Shown here piece by piece: positions 1 to 8,966 of a stretch of 64,000 bases of DNA. This DNA comes from an uncultured Christensenella sp. GTDB lineage: Bacteria > Bacillota > Clostridia > Christensenellales > UBA3700. The stretch is from positions 6,645 to 70,644 of the forward strand of contig CAYZGK010000003.1 in the NCBI GenBank assembly GCA_964478025.1, written 5' to 3'. A program made the position numbers and the translations under genes. The notes below the pieces were generated by a model. It worked only from the letters and a program-made list of their open reading frames with translations. It had not been told where the DNA came from and made no database searches. How positions within the stretch are numbered: the first letter of the stretch is position 1; every line of letters begins with the position of its first letter.

Positions 1-1
1 T

Positions 2-1285
2 AATTTTATTAAAGAAAAATACGCAAGAATATTAATTGGAAGATATGTTCCAAAGGATATAAAGATAAATATTGAAGGAAATGAAGTCTCTATAGTTTTA
101 CCTATAGATAAAAATATTTGCTCATATTTTGTTTCAAGACAAGTAGATAAAGAATTAGAAAAATATTTAAATTCAAAATATTACGCTACAAATTCCGTTA
201 AACTTAAAGAGGTTGAATTAACTAAGGAAACTGAAGTTATACGAAAAAAAAGAGCACAATACATAGATGATGGAATTATTATTTGTGAAAAGGGTAAATC
301 TATAATTGGCTTATATATTGCATCTCCTCCCGTATATATTTCAAATTGTTCAAAACCACAGGAAATTGCTACAATTTGTGGTAAAGTTTCTAAATTTGAA
401 AAGAAAGTTGCAAAATCTGGAAAACTATTTTATAAATTCATTATTCAGGATTTAACTGGAAATAAAATGAATTGTATTTATTTTCCAAAAAGCAAAAAGG
501 CACAAAAAAGTAAAATTGAAAACATTCAAGTAATTTCAGATTATGTTGTTCAAGGTGAGCTTAAAGAAGATGCAATGAATAAAGGCGTTATTATGTTTGT
601 TCAAAACATTATGCGTGCTAAAGTAGATGAAGAAGCTACTTTAAAGAAAATGGAATTTGTAAAGCTACAAAAAATTAAAGCTGTCGTTCCAGATCCACAA
701 GAATATAATGACCCAAATAACAAAGAGTATACCTTGTTTGATGAAAGACCATACATTTGTCCACTTATTGCTAAAAACGATTTTGTGGTATTTGATTTAG
801 AAACAACAGGACTTTCTGTAAGCACAGATAAAATTGCCGAAATTGGAGCAGTTAAGATTTCTCATGGAATAAAAGTTTCAACTTTCCAAACACTTGTTGA
901 TCCTGAAATAAAAATGCCAGAATGTGCTTATAAAGTTAATGGTATATCTAATGAAATGTTAGTTGAGGCTCCACTTATTGAAAATGTTTTAGAAAAGTTC
1001 ATGAATTACATTCATGGATGTATACTTGTTGGTCAAAATGCAAAGCAATTTGATTTGCCTTTTATAAAGCGAGATGCAGAAGCTTTAGGATACGTTGTAG
1101 ATAACCCTCTTTATGATACAAAAATTATGGCAAAGCAAGTTGATCCTGACCAGAATAATTACTCACTTGCAAAATTATGTGAAATTTACAAAGTAAATAA
1201 TAATCAAGCCCATAGAGCATTATCTGACGCTCTTGCTACCGCGGATGTATTTATTGCACTTGCTAATAAATTAAAACTTGAGTAA
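2..1285 (+). CDS. DnaQ/epsilon-family 3'-5' exonuclease with N-terminal OB-fold-like region; the 5' end lies outside the window
   Basis: Frame 2 is open from the window edge up to the listed Met at 467. It has the Exo I motif FVVFDLETTGL and the Exo III motif HRALSDALATADVF. The upstream segment GKVSKFEKKVAKSGKLFYKFIIQDLTGNKMNCIYF resembles the PolC-type OB fold. Confidence 0.7.
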   Translation, partial: NFIKEKYARILIGRYVPKDIKINIEGNEVSIVLPIDKNICSYFVSRQVDKELEKYLNSKYYATNSVKLKEVELTKETEVIRKKRAQYIDDGIIICEKGKSIIGLYIASPPVYISNCSKPQEIATICGKVSKFEKKVAKSGKLFYKFIIQDLTGNKMNCIYFPKSKKAQKSKIENIQVISDYVVQGELKEDAMNKGVIMFVQNIMRAKVDEEATLKKMEFVKLQKIKAVVPDPQEYNDPNNKEYTLFDERPYICPLIAKNDFVVFDLETTGLSVSTDKIAEIGAVKISHGIKVSTFQTLVDPEIKMPECAYKVNGISNEMLVEAPLIENVLEKFMNYIHGCILVGQNAKQFDLPFIKRDAEALGYVVDNPLYDTKIMAKQVDPDQNNYSLAKLCEIYKVNNNQAHRALSDALATADVFIALANKLKLE

Positions 1286-2230
1286 ATCTTCAGTTGGTTT
1301 TTCTTTAACTAAAAATTCCCAAATCATGGAATCACTTGGTACAATTTCTTCTGTTAAATAACCAAAATAAGATAACTTTTCTAAAAGTTCTTTTGCATAT
1401 TTGTCGTCTTTATTTTTGTTAAGAACATTCTCAAGATATTTATGATATAAATATGGCTCATAAATGTGAGTTGTATCAAGTAGGTAATTTGCTTGATTCT
1501 TATATGGCTTTATATATAAATCTTCACCTATGCATACATTGTTCCACATCTTTAGCGTTTCTTCAATTGATGTTCCTCTTGATTGAACATCTCTAATCAT
1601 TCTTCTAAGCATTCTAAATAATTTTGCAGGAAGTATAATCTCGCCATTCTTGCAAAAGTTAGTGTAGGTACAAATATATACTTTATAAAAATACTTATCT
1701 ACATTCGTTATAGTAAGTAAATTTGGATTTAGTGCATGTGTGCCTTCAATTACAATAATATCTTGACTAGATACTGTTATATGGTTATATTTTTCCTTTC
1801 TTTTTCCAGTATAAAAATCAAACTCAGGAAGATCAGTTTCGTTTTTAGTAATTAAATCATCTATACATTCATTAAACTTTTTAACATCAAGGATATCAAA
1901 AGTTTCAAAGTCATAAGAACCATCTGAATTTTTAGGGTAGGTATCTCTATTCATGAAAAAGTCGTCAAGAGAAATTGCGATTGCGTTTTTTCCATGTCTT
2001 CTTATTTCTTGACATAATTTTCTACAAGATGTAGTTTTGCCAGATGATGATGGACCGGCAAGTAATACAAACTTTTTATTGCCATAAACAATATTTGCTG
2101 CAATTACTTCTATTTCATTTTTATATTTGCTTTCAGTAAAAGTTATTAAATCAAATAATTGAGTCTTAACTTTGTAGTTAATTATATCAATATCTACATT
2201 AGATTTTATCGTAGAAATCATGTCTGCCAT
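1271..2230 (-). CDS. Uridine kinase/PRK-family P-loop nucleoside kinase-like protein
   Basis: Walker A motif LLAGPSSSGKTTS, followed later by IIVIEGTHALNP, as in Udk/PRK-family kinases. It converges on the exonuclease gene and overlaps its end by 15 nt. Confidence 0.55.
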   Translation of the reverse strand: MADMISTIKSNVDIDIINYKVKTQLFDLITFTESKYKNEIEVIAANIVYGNKKFVLLAGPSSSGKTTSCRKLCQEIRRHGKNAIAISLDDFFMNRDTYPKNSDGSYDFETFDILDVKKFNECIDDLITKNETDLPEFDFYTGKRKEKYNHITVSSQDIIVIEGTHALNPNLLTITNVDKYFYKVYICTYTNFCKNGEIILPAKLFRMLRRMIRDVQSRGTSIEETLKMWNNVCIGEDLYIKPYKNQANYLLDTTHIYEPYLYHKYLENVLNKNKDDKYAKELLEKLSYFGYLTEEIVPSDSMIWEFLVKEKPTEDLLKF

Positions 2231-2420
2231 AATTTATCTCCTTGAACAACAATTAAATATTATCACAATTATAATAAAAAAATAAGAGTGCATTTAATTT
2301 TAGTTAATTTAAGATTTTACACTAAAGCCTCTCTTATAAAAATTATTTAAGTTATATTTAAGAAGTTAGCAATAATATATATTAAGAAATTTATTTATAA
2401 ATTTTTTGGAGGATTTTGTT

Positions 2421-3215
2421 ATGGCTAGATGTAAAGCATGCGGTTCAGAATTAGTTAAAAAGAAGACAAAAACAGGTGAAGTTATTCTTTATTGTGAAAG
2501 TTGTAAAAAAGGATATAGAATGCCTGTAGCTAAACCGGTTGTAGAAGAAGAGGAAGAAGAAGTAGTTGCTCCAAAGGTAGCACCTAAAGCTGCTCCAATT
2601 GTAAAGGTAGAAGAAGCACCAAAATGTAAGATTTGTGGTACTGAATTAGTTGAAAGAAAAGCAAAATCTGGTGAAATGGTTTTATTCTGCTCAACTTGTA
2701 AGAAAGCATTTAGAAAACCAGCTCCAGCTCCTGTAGTTCCAGAGCCAGAGGAAGATGAGGAAGAGGAAGAAGAGGAGGAAGAAGTTGTAAAACTAGATGA
2801 GACACCAAAATGTAAGATTTGTGGTTCTGAGTTAGTTGAAAGAAAAACAAAATCTGGTGAAGAAGTTCTATATTGCAAAAATTGTAAAAAAGGATTTAAA
2901 AAGCCAGCTCCAGTAATTCCAGAGCCTCCAGTTGAGGAAGAAGAAGAGGAGGAAGAGGAAGAAGTTGTTGCTCCAATTCCAGTTGTAGAAGAGCCTGTAG
3001 TTGTAGCTCCTGTACAAGAAGAAGAGGAAATTGTAGAAGAAGAGGAAGAAGTTGTTGAAAAAGCACCTGTTGTTGAAAAAGCACCTATTCCTGAGCCAGC
3101 TGTAAAAGTTGAAGCTCCAGCAGCAATAGATAGTAAAGAACTTGCAGATATAGCTAAATCACTTTCTGAGATTAATAAAACTCTTAAAGCTATGTTAACA
3201 ATTCTTAACAAATAA
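2421..3215 (+). CDS. Acidic protein with three tandem C4 zinc ribbons (topoisomerase-type CxxC...CxxC) separated by poly-Glu/Pro linkers
   Basis: GGAGG at 2407-2411 precedes the ATG at 2421, so the listed TTG start at 2406 would include the RBS. The unit CK(A/I)CG(S/T)ELV(K/E)(K/R)K(T/A)K(T/S)GE..(L)(Y/F)C..CKK(G/A)(Y/F)(R/K) occurs three times, with E-rich linkers between copies. Confidence 0.65.
   Translation: MARCKACGSELVKKKTKTGEVILYCESCKKGYRMPVAKPVVEEEEEEVVAPKVAPKAAPIVKVEEAPKCKICGTELVERKAKSGEMVLFCSTCKKAFRKPAPAPVVPEPEEDEEEEEEEEEVVKLDETPKCKICGSELVERKTKSGEEVLYCKNCKKGFKKPAPVIPEPPVEEEEEEEEEEVVAPIPVVEEPVVVAPVQEEEEIVEEEEEVVEKAPVVEKAPIPEPAVKVEAPAAIDSKELADIAKSLSEINKTLKAMLTILNK
2430..2913 (+). repeat. 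In-frame intragenic tandem repeat encoding the zinc-ribbon modules (period 186 bp between copies 2 and 3)
   Basis: ccaaaatgtaagatttgtgg starts at both 2619 and 2805, and the following ~100 nt are highly similar. The first copy (from about 2430) is more diverged. (GAA/GAG)n tracts lie between the copies. Confidence 0.8.
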
Positions 3216-3236
3216 GTTATTAAGTAAAAATATCTT

Positions 3237-3279
3237 AAATAAGTGATTTTCTAAAAATGAGAGTCACTTATTTTGTTTT
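3237..3279 (+). terminator. Rho-independent terminator after the zinc-ribbon gene
   Basis: The stem AAATAAGTGA (3237-3246) pairs with TCACTTATTT (3264-3273) and is followed by TGTTTT. Confidence 0.65.
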
Positions 3280-3329
3280 ATAGAATGTTATGCTAAAAAT
3301 GCAAAGCATATGATATAATAGACAAGGAC

Positions 3330-5375
3330 ATGAAAAGTAGTAAAAAGGTTATTTTAAAATCAATTATTTCTATATTAATTCTTACAGTTTTTATTGTAAG
3401 TTTATCTTCATGTTCAATTATTAAGATATTTGCAGGGGATGAAGTTAATACATGTATACACTCCTATGGAGATTGGATAATGGAAGTTGCCCCTACATGC
3501 GAAACCGATGGAAATTATGCTAGATATTGCTCTAAATGTAATGCAAAAGATAGTGTAACAAAAAACATACCTGCACTTGGTCATTCGTATGATTCAGGAG
3601 TATCTGTAGATGGAGTAGCTACATGTCAAGTTGAAGGAAATGTTTTATATACATGCCTAAATTGTGGTAAGACAAAAACAGAAGTAGCTAAGCTTAATCA
3701 TACGCCACTAAATAAAGATGTATATATCTATGACACAACTTATCATTGGCAAGAATGTCAATGGTGTTCACAAGTTATAAATAAAGCTGAACACACAATA
3801 ACTGAGGAAATTATTACTCAATATGATTGTACTCATGATGGTGAATCAAGATATTCTTGTTCTTGTGGAATGTCAAGAGTAGATACTCACAAAGCAGAGC
3901 ATTATTATGCTGTAAAAAATACAGTTGAACCTACATGTCAAAATGATGGTTATATTGAATATGAAAAATGCCCTGGATGTAATGGAACTAAGGAAAATAC
4001 AATACTTGAAAAAGTAGATCATAAATATGAGGCTGAAACCTGTATATACTGTGAAAGAGATATGCTTTTAGATTGTGTGTCAAAGTTTAAAGGACATGGC
4101 GAGTCAAGTTATGATTTAATTGAAATCAATTCTGATGAAGAATTAAGATGTTTAGCTAATTATGCTGTATTTTACAATACTATAAGATATTTTAATATTA
4201 ACTATAGCACAGGATCTGCTAATGAGTTCCAATATATAAGTGATGTATTATCTACATTTACTGCCGCAAATTGCGGTATTAGAACCCAATCAGGAGTAAC
4301 TGGTACAAAACAATTCTATTCAATACAAAAATCTACAGATAACGATTCAACAAGATATAGTAAAAAGCCTGGTGTAGATTATACAAATGATACTTACACC
4401 GAAATATATAATGTAGCCGAAAATAGTTACACTCAAAAAAGAGCGGATACTTTCTCAGATTTTAAATATAAAAATAGAATCAACTCATTATCCGTATCTA
4501 CTTCCGATCAACTATATTATGCATTTGCTCATGGCTATAAACCAACAGTTGTTGCAAATTCAAAGGCTGAACAAGTTTTAACTGATATTGAAGCAATTAT
4601 GAGAGAAATTGTTGATGATTCTATGTCAGATTTTGAAAAGTTATATCAAATATATATGTGGATGATATCAAATGTGGAATATGATCATGCAGCCGTAACT
4701 GTTACAAATAACGGCGAGATAGAATGGGAAAATATTTATTCTTGGTCCGTTGAAGGAGTTATTTACGGCCATGTTGCTGTGTGCGATGCAATGAGTAAAG
4801 CTATTTGTATAATGGCTGGAATTGAAGATATAAAGTGTATTGAAGTTTCAGGTAATTCTCATGCTTGGAATAAAGTATATATTGATGCAAATAATGATGG
4901 CAAAAAAGAATGGTATACATTAGATGCTACTCATGCTAATCCAGGTCTTAGAATAAATAATAAAAATTATGAGCTTGGAGTTAGAGTTGAATTTTTAAGA
5001 ACTGATGCATATAAGACAACTAAAGGTTATACTGCAGTAGATTATTTAGATGTAACAGCAAATACAAAAGTTAATGTATTTAAGAGTTTATATTATGGAA
5101 CAGGTAAAACTTCAAGTAACGATTTCTATATAGAATCTGACTCAGAACTTACCGATTTAATTAAATACTATAAATCTACAATTGTTTCATATTTAAATTC
5201 TGGTAAACAAGTATCTATTGATTTTGTTTTAAAACAAGCAAGTAGCATTGATTCTACTGCAATTTATAGCGCCTTAGGAATATCTAGTATAGGAGTAAAT
5301 ATTCAATATACTTACGAGAACAACTATATTGAAACAGGAGATACTTGGTATTTAATTACATTAAGCAAAAAATAA
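3330..5375 (+). CDS. Lipoprotein with N-terminal Cys-rich repeats and a C-terminal transglutaminase-like (Cys-His-Asp) core
   Basis: Signal peptide with lipobox LSSCS. Repeated C-x3-G-x5-C-x2-C...H modules occupy the N-terminal part. The core reads VAVCDAMSKAICIMAGIEDIKCIEVSGNSHAWNKVYI...WYTLDATH. It is a paralog of the gene at 17470-19146. Confidence 0.7.
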   Translation: MKSSKKVILKSIISILILTVFIVSLSSCSIIKIFAGDEVNTCIHSYGDWIMEVAPTCETDGNYARYCSKCNAKDSVTKNIPALGHSYDSGVSVDGVATCQVEGNVLYTCLNCGKTKTEVAKLNHTPLNKDVYIYDTTYHWQECQWCSQVINKAEHTITEEIITQYDCTHDGESRYSCSCGMSRVDTHKAEHYYAVKNTVEPTCQNDGYIEYEKCPGCNGTKENTILEKVDHKYEAETCIYCERDMLLDCVSKFKGHGESSYDLIEINSDEELRCLANYAVFYNTIRYFNINYSTGSANEFQYISDVLSTFTAANCGIRTQSGVTGTKQFYSIQKSTDNDSTRYSKKPGVDYTNDTYTEIYNVAENSYTQKRADTFSDFKYKNRINSLSVSTSDQLYYAFAHGYKPTVVANSKAEQVLTDIEAIMREIVDDSMSDFEKLYQIYMWMISNVEYDHAAVTVTNNGEIEWENIYSWSVEGVIYGHVAVCDAMSKAICIMAGIEDIKCIEVSGNSHAWNKVYIDANNDGKKEWYTLDATHANPGLRINNKNYELGVRVEFLRTDAYKTTKGYTAVDYLDVTANTKVNVFKSLYYGTGKTSSNDFYIESDSELTDLIKYYKSTIVSYLNSGKQVSIDFVLKQASSIDSTAIYSALGISSIGVNIQYTYENNYIETGDTWYLITLSKK

Positions 5376-5382
5376 TTAAATA

Positions 5383-6396
5383 TTATTTAGCATAAAGCAT
5401 AGCATCTAATAATTCATTATTTCTATCACATGAAATATGCCATGTAAATATTCCACCAAAGTTACATCTTTTAACAAATTTTGCCTTCTTTTTAGTGATT
5501 TTTGCTGTATCAAAAGAAACCTGACCATATTGACCATAAGCATAGGAATAATCAGATTTTTCTACAAGCGTTAGTTCTCCGTTATCTACCATATCCATTA
5601 GACTATTATAGCCATAATATTCATATTCTTTTGAAGCACTTCTTCCATAGAAAGGAACACCAATATTTAACATGGATTTTTTATATCCTTTTGTGACAAA
5701 GTAGTTAAGTAAAATGATTTTTGTAGTTATAACATTACTTTGTTTTTCAAGAGAAAAATCATAAGTCATAACATTAACATAATCAACAACACTTTGAATT
5801 AACTTATTGTCGTATTCATCTACCTGATAAAGTGTAGTTGTAGCAGCAAAACTTAATAATTTACTATTTCCTATTGCTTGTCTTATTTCATATAAAAGTT
5901 GACCAAATGCGTAATATTCAGCATCATTTTGAGGATATTCCCAGTCAATATCTATTCCGTCTAAATTATAAGTATCAACTAATTCTTTACATTTACTTGC
6001 ATATTCTTTTCTATATGATTCGTCTAGTAATTTTTCTGTATCAAATGATCCTATGCATAATTGGAATTTTAAATCTAAATTATGTTTTTGTTTATAAGCT
6101 AAAAAGTTAACTAAACCAGATTTCTTTGCTTCTGAAAGCTCAGGGAAGCCTGTTGTTTCATTAGCGTAAGCAAAGCCATATAAAATATTTGTATACTCAT
6201 TAAGTTTTATTTTATCTAGCTCATCATCTGTTAGATCACCAATATAATATCCCATTATTCTTACGTCTTTTAAATCTTTATCTTTTGAATAAGAAATTCC
6301 ACATAATACAATACCTGCTAAAATTACTAAGATAAGTAGTACTATACAAATTATAAGAAAAATTTTTAATGCTTTGTTTTGAATAGATAGAATCAT
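5383..6396 (-). CDS. Membrane-anchored glycoside hydrolase family 18 (chitinase-like) protein
   Basis: N-terminal TM helix (FLIICIVLLILVILAGIVLCGI) and the GH18 catalytic motif DGIDIDWEYP. Confidence 0.75.
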   Translation of the reverse strand: MILSIQNKALKIFLIICIVLLILVILAGIVLCGISYSKDKDLKDVRIMGYYIGDLTDDELDKIKLNEYTNILYGFAYANETTGFPELSEAKKSGLVNFLAYKQKHNLDLKFQLCIGSFDTEKLLDESYRKEYASKCKELVDTYNLDGIDIDWEYPQNDAEYYAFGQLLYEIRQAIGNSKLLSFAATTTLYQVDEYDNKLIQSVVDYVNVMTYDFSLEKQSNVITTKIILLNYFVTKGYKKSMLNIGVPFYGRSASKEYEYYGYNSLMDMVDNGELTLVEKSDYSYAYGQYGQVSFDTAKITKKKAKFVKRCNFGGIFTWHISCDRNNELLDAMLYAK

Positions 6397-6542
6397 AATT
6401 AACCTTTAACCCCTTGTTATTATAATAAACTATTGAAAATATTTAGTAAACATTTGAATTTTACAATTAATTAACATTAACTTTACTAATTATACAAAGA
6501 ATATATTCAAGATAAATCTTAAAATTATATTGAAGGTTTAGT

Positions 6543-6734
6543 ATGAAAAATAAAGATAACAAAGAAAAAACTTTAGATTATTTATCAAGTGGAATAGGCA
6601 TAGGACTGCTTATTGGAATTACACTTGGTTGTATATTTAATAATTTTGCTTTGTATATCAGCCTAGGATTTTTATTTGGAACAATAATTGCAGTAATTAT
6701 CATGTCTTGTAAAAAACGTAAAAACAAGGATTGA
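6543..6734 (+). CDS. Small two-TM membrane protein (hypothetical)
   Basis: The 63-aa ORF has two hydrophobic segments and charged termini. No family was recognised. Confidence 0.35.
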   Translation: MKNKDNKEKTLDYLSSGIGIGLLIGITLGCIFNNFALYISLGFLFGTIIAVIIMSCKKRKNKD

Positions 6735-6868
6735 TTTAGCTCTTTGCAATATAAGTTTGTTAAATTGCTTTACAACTTTATTTTATATTTATATAATTAT
6801 TATAGTTTTATAGAGAAATCTACTAAAAGCGACTTGATTAAGCCGCTTTTATTAATGTAAGGAGCAAA

Positions 6869-7324
6869 ATGTCAAAACTAACAGATGATGTTAAAGCAGT
6901 TGTTGAACCTATAATTATTGAAAATGGGATGGAACTTGTAGATATTGAACTAAAGAAAGAATATGGACAAGATAATCTATATATCTACATAGACAAAGAT
7001 GGTGGTGTTGATTTAAACGATTGTGAATTAATTCATAATGCAGTAAATGACCCAATAGATAAGTTAGATCCAATTAAAACACCTTATAACTTATGTATCT
7101 CTTCTCCTGGCTTAGATAGACCATTAAAAACAAAAAGAGATTTCGAAAAGAAAATGAATCAAGATGTAGAAGTATCTTTATATAAAGCAATAGATAAGCT
7201 TAAAAAATTTGAAGGAAAGTTAGTTGCATATGATGGCGATACTTGTGACATTGAAGTAAAAGGAAAAATAATAAAATTAAATATAAAAGACATTGCACTT
7301 ATTAGAGCTGCAATAAAATTCTAG
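6869..7324 (+). CDS. rimP: Ribosome maturation factor RimP
   Basis: An AAGGAG RBS precedes the start. Size, the motif ISSPGLDRPL and the position immediately upstream of nusA all fit RimP. Confidence 0.85.
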   Translation: MSKLTDDVKAVVEPIIIENGMELVDIELKKEYGQDNLYIYIDKDGGVDLNDCELIHNAVNDPIDKLDPIKTPYNLCISSPGLDRPLKTKRDFEKKMNQDVEVSLYKAIDKLKKFEGKLVAYDGDTCDIEVKGKIIKLNIKDIALIRAAIKF

Positions 7325-7338
7325 GAGGTATTAAAAAA

Positions 7339-8400
7339 ATGAAAAATAAAGAATTTTTTCAAGCATTAGATGACTTAGCAGTAGAAAGGGATATTAAACA
7401 AGATGAATTAATTGATTATCTTCAATCAGCAATCTCTGCTGGTTACAAGAAAGAATCTGGCGAAGCTCGTCCTGTTTCTTTAATTTTAAATCCTGAACAT
7501 TCAACAATTAAGTTTATAGCTTATCAAACTGTTGTTGAAGAAGTTGAAGATCCAGAGAAAGAAATTTCTTTAGAAGATGCTAAGAAAATTAAAGCTAATA
7601 TTAAAGTTGGTGAAACATTAACTGAAGATATTGATATTGGAGAATTTACAAGAATTGCTGCTCAAACAGTTAAGCAAGTTATTACTCAAAAATTAAACGA
7701 CGTTAAGAAGCTTAAAATGAATGAGGAAATGAAGAATAAGGAAGGAGAAATTGTTTCAGCTCAAATTAGAAAAATTGAAGGTGAAAACATTTATGTATCA
7801 ATCGCTGATTCACAAATGGAAGGTGTAATGTTAAAGGGCGATCAAATTCCTGATGAAAAATATTCTTTAGGTCAAATTCTAAAAGTTTACGTTAAGACAA
7901 TTAGAACAAATACAAAAACTGGAGCAAATCAAGTTTTAGTTTCAAGAACAAATGTTGGATTTATTAAGAGATTATTTGAATCTGAAATTCCTGAAATTAA
8001 GACAGGACTTGTTACAATTAAGAAAATTGTAAGAGAACCAGGATATAGAACAAAAATTGCAATTGAAGCTAAAGATCCTACAATCGATGCAGTTGGTGCA
8101 TGTATTGGACAAAAGGGTATGAGAATTTCAGCTATCGTATCAGAACTTAATGGTGAAAATATTGATATTGTTCCATATTCAGCAGATCCAGTTGAATATA
8201 TAGCAAGAGCATTATCTCCAGCTAAGGTTATAGCTGTAAGTATCAATCAAGCTGAACAAAAAGCAAAAGCTTTAGTTCCAGATGAAGCATATCTAAAGGC
8301 TATTGGTAAAAAGGGTTGTAATGCTAAACTTGCCGTTAAATTAACAGAATGGAAAATTGATGTTAAGAAAATGAGCGAAGATGGTGGAGAAGTTAGATAA
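7339..8400 (+). CDS. nusA: Transcription termination/antitermination factor NusA
   Basis: 353 aa with the S1 and KH domain pattern (ACIGQKGMRISAIVSELNGENIDIV) and rimP-nusA-infB synteny. Confidence 0.95.
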   Translation: MKNKEFFQALDDLAVERDIKQDELIDYLQSAISAGYKKESGEARPVSLILNPEHSTIKFIAYQTVVEEVEDPEKEISLEDAKKIKANIKVGETLTEDIDIGEFTRIAAQTVKQVITQKLNDVKKLKMNEEMKNKEGEIVSAQIRKIEGENIYVSIADSQMEGVMLKGDQIPDEKYSLGQILKVYVKTIRTNTKTGANQVLVSRTNVGFIKRLFESEIPEIKTGLVTIKKIVREPGYRTKIAIEAKDPTIDAVGACIGQKGMRISAIVSELNGENIDIVPYSADPVEYIARALSPAKVIAVSINQAEQKAKALVPDEAYLKAIGKKGCNAKLAVKLTEWKIDVKKMSEDGGEVR

Positions 8401-8405
8401 TCAAA

Positions 8406-8675
8406 ATGGAAAAGAAATTACCTGTAAGAATGTGTATTGCTTGTAGAGAGCAAAAAAACAAAACTGATTTAATTAGAATTGTTAAAAATAAGGAAGGAGA
8501 AATTTCTTTGGATTTTACAGGTAAAAACCCAGGTCGTGGAGCATATATTTGTGATAAAAAAGAATGTATTGCAAAATGCATTAAAAATAAAGCATTAAAT
8601 AAAGCTTTTGATATGGATGTATCAAGTGATATTTATGCAAAACTACAACAAGACTATGATGAACACAAAAATTAG
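8406..8675 (+). CDS. ylxR: YlxR/RnpM family (DUF448) RNA-binding protein
   Basis: The sequence RMCIACREQKNKTDLIRIV...GRGAYIC is the DUF448 signature, and the gene sits between nusA and infB. Confidence 0.85.
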   Translation: MEKKLPVRMCIACREQKNKTDLIRIVKNKEGEISLDFTGKNPGRGAYICDKKECIAKCIKNKALNKAFDMDVSSDIYAKLQQDYDEHKN

Positions 8676-8946
8676 TTCTTATATAAATTTTTCCGTTAAA
8701 GCGGGCAAAGTAATATGGGGACTAGATATGCTAAAGACCTCAAAGGTAAAACCTTATTTGATAATATATGACAAAACTATCGGACAAAGTAGTAAAAAGC
8801 AGTTATTAAAATACAAAGAGGATAATTTAGTGAAGACACTTGAAGTTGAAGAAAATTATTTAAATGATATTTTAAAAAGAAGTAATGTTAAAGTTATTGG
8901 TTTAATAGATGAATCTCTATCAAATGCAATAATAAAACTAATTTAG
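8656..8946 (+). CDS. ylxQ: L7Ae-family ribosome-associated protein YlxQ
   Basis: The L7Ae-like sequence SVKAGKVIWGLDMLKTSKVKPYLIIYDKT is present. The likely start is the in-frame ATG at 8656/8659 overlapping the ylxR end; the listed 8608 start would overlap ylxR by 68 nt. Confidence 0.7.
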   Translation: MMNTKISSYINFSVKAGKVIWGLDMLKTSKVKPYLIIYDKTIGQSSKKQLLKYKEDNLVKTLEVEENYLNDILKRSNVKVIGLIDESLSNAIIKLI

Positions 8947-8966
8947 GCGTGGAGGTGAAGATTAAT

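Noticed and set aside
2489-3211. A 240-aa Ser/Thr/Gly-rich ORF (and a 62-aa ORF at 2896-3084) antisense to the zinc-ribbon gene
   Set aside because: This is an artefact of the (GAA/GAG)n and repeat-rich sense strand. Its composition is low in complexity, it has no RBS, and the sense-strand gene has clear Cys-quartet structure and an RBS.
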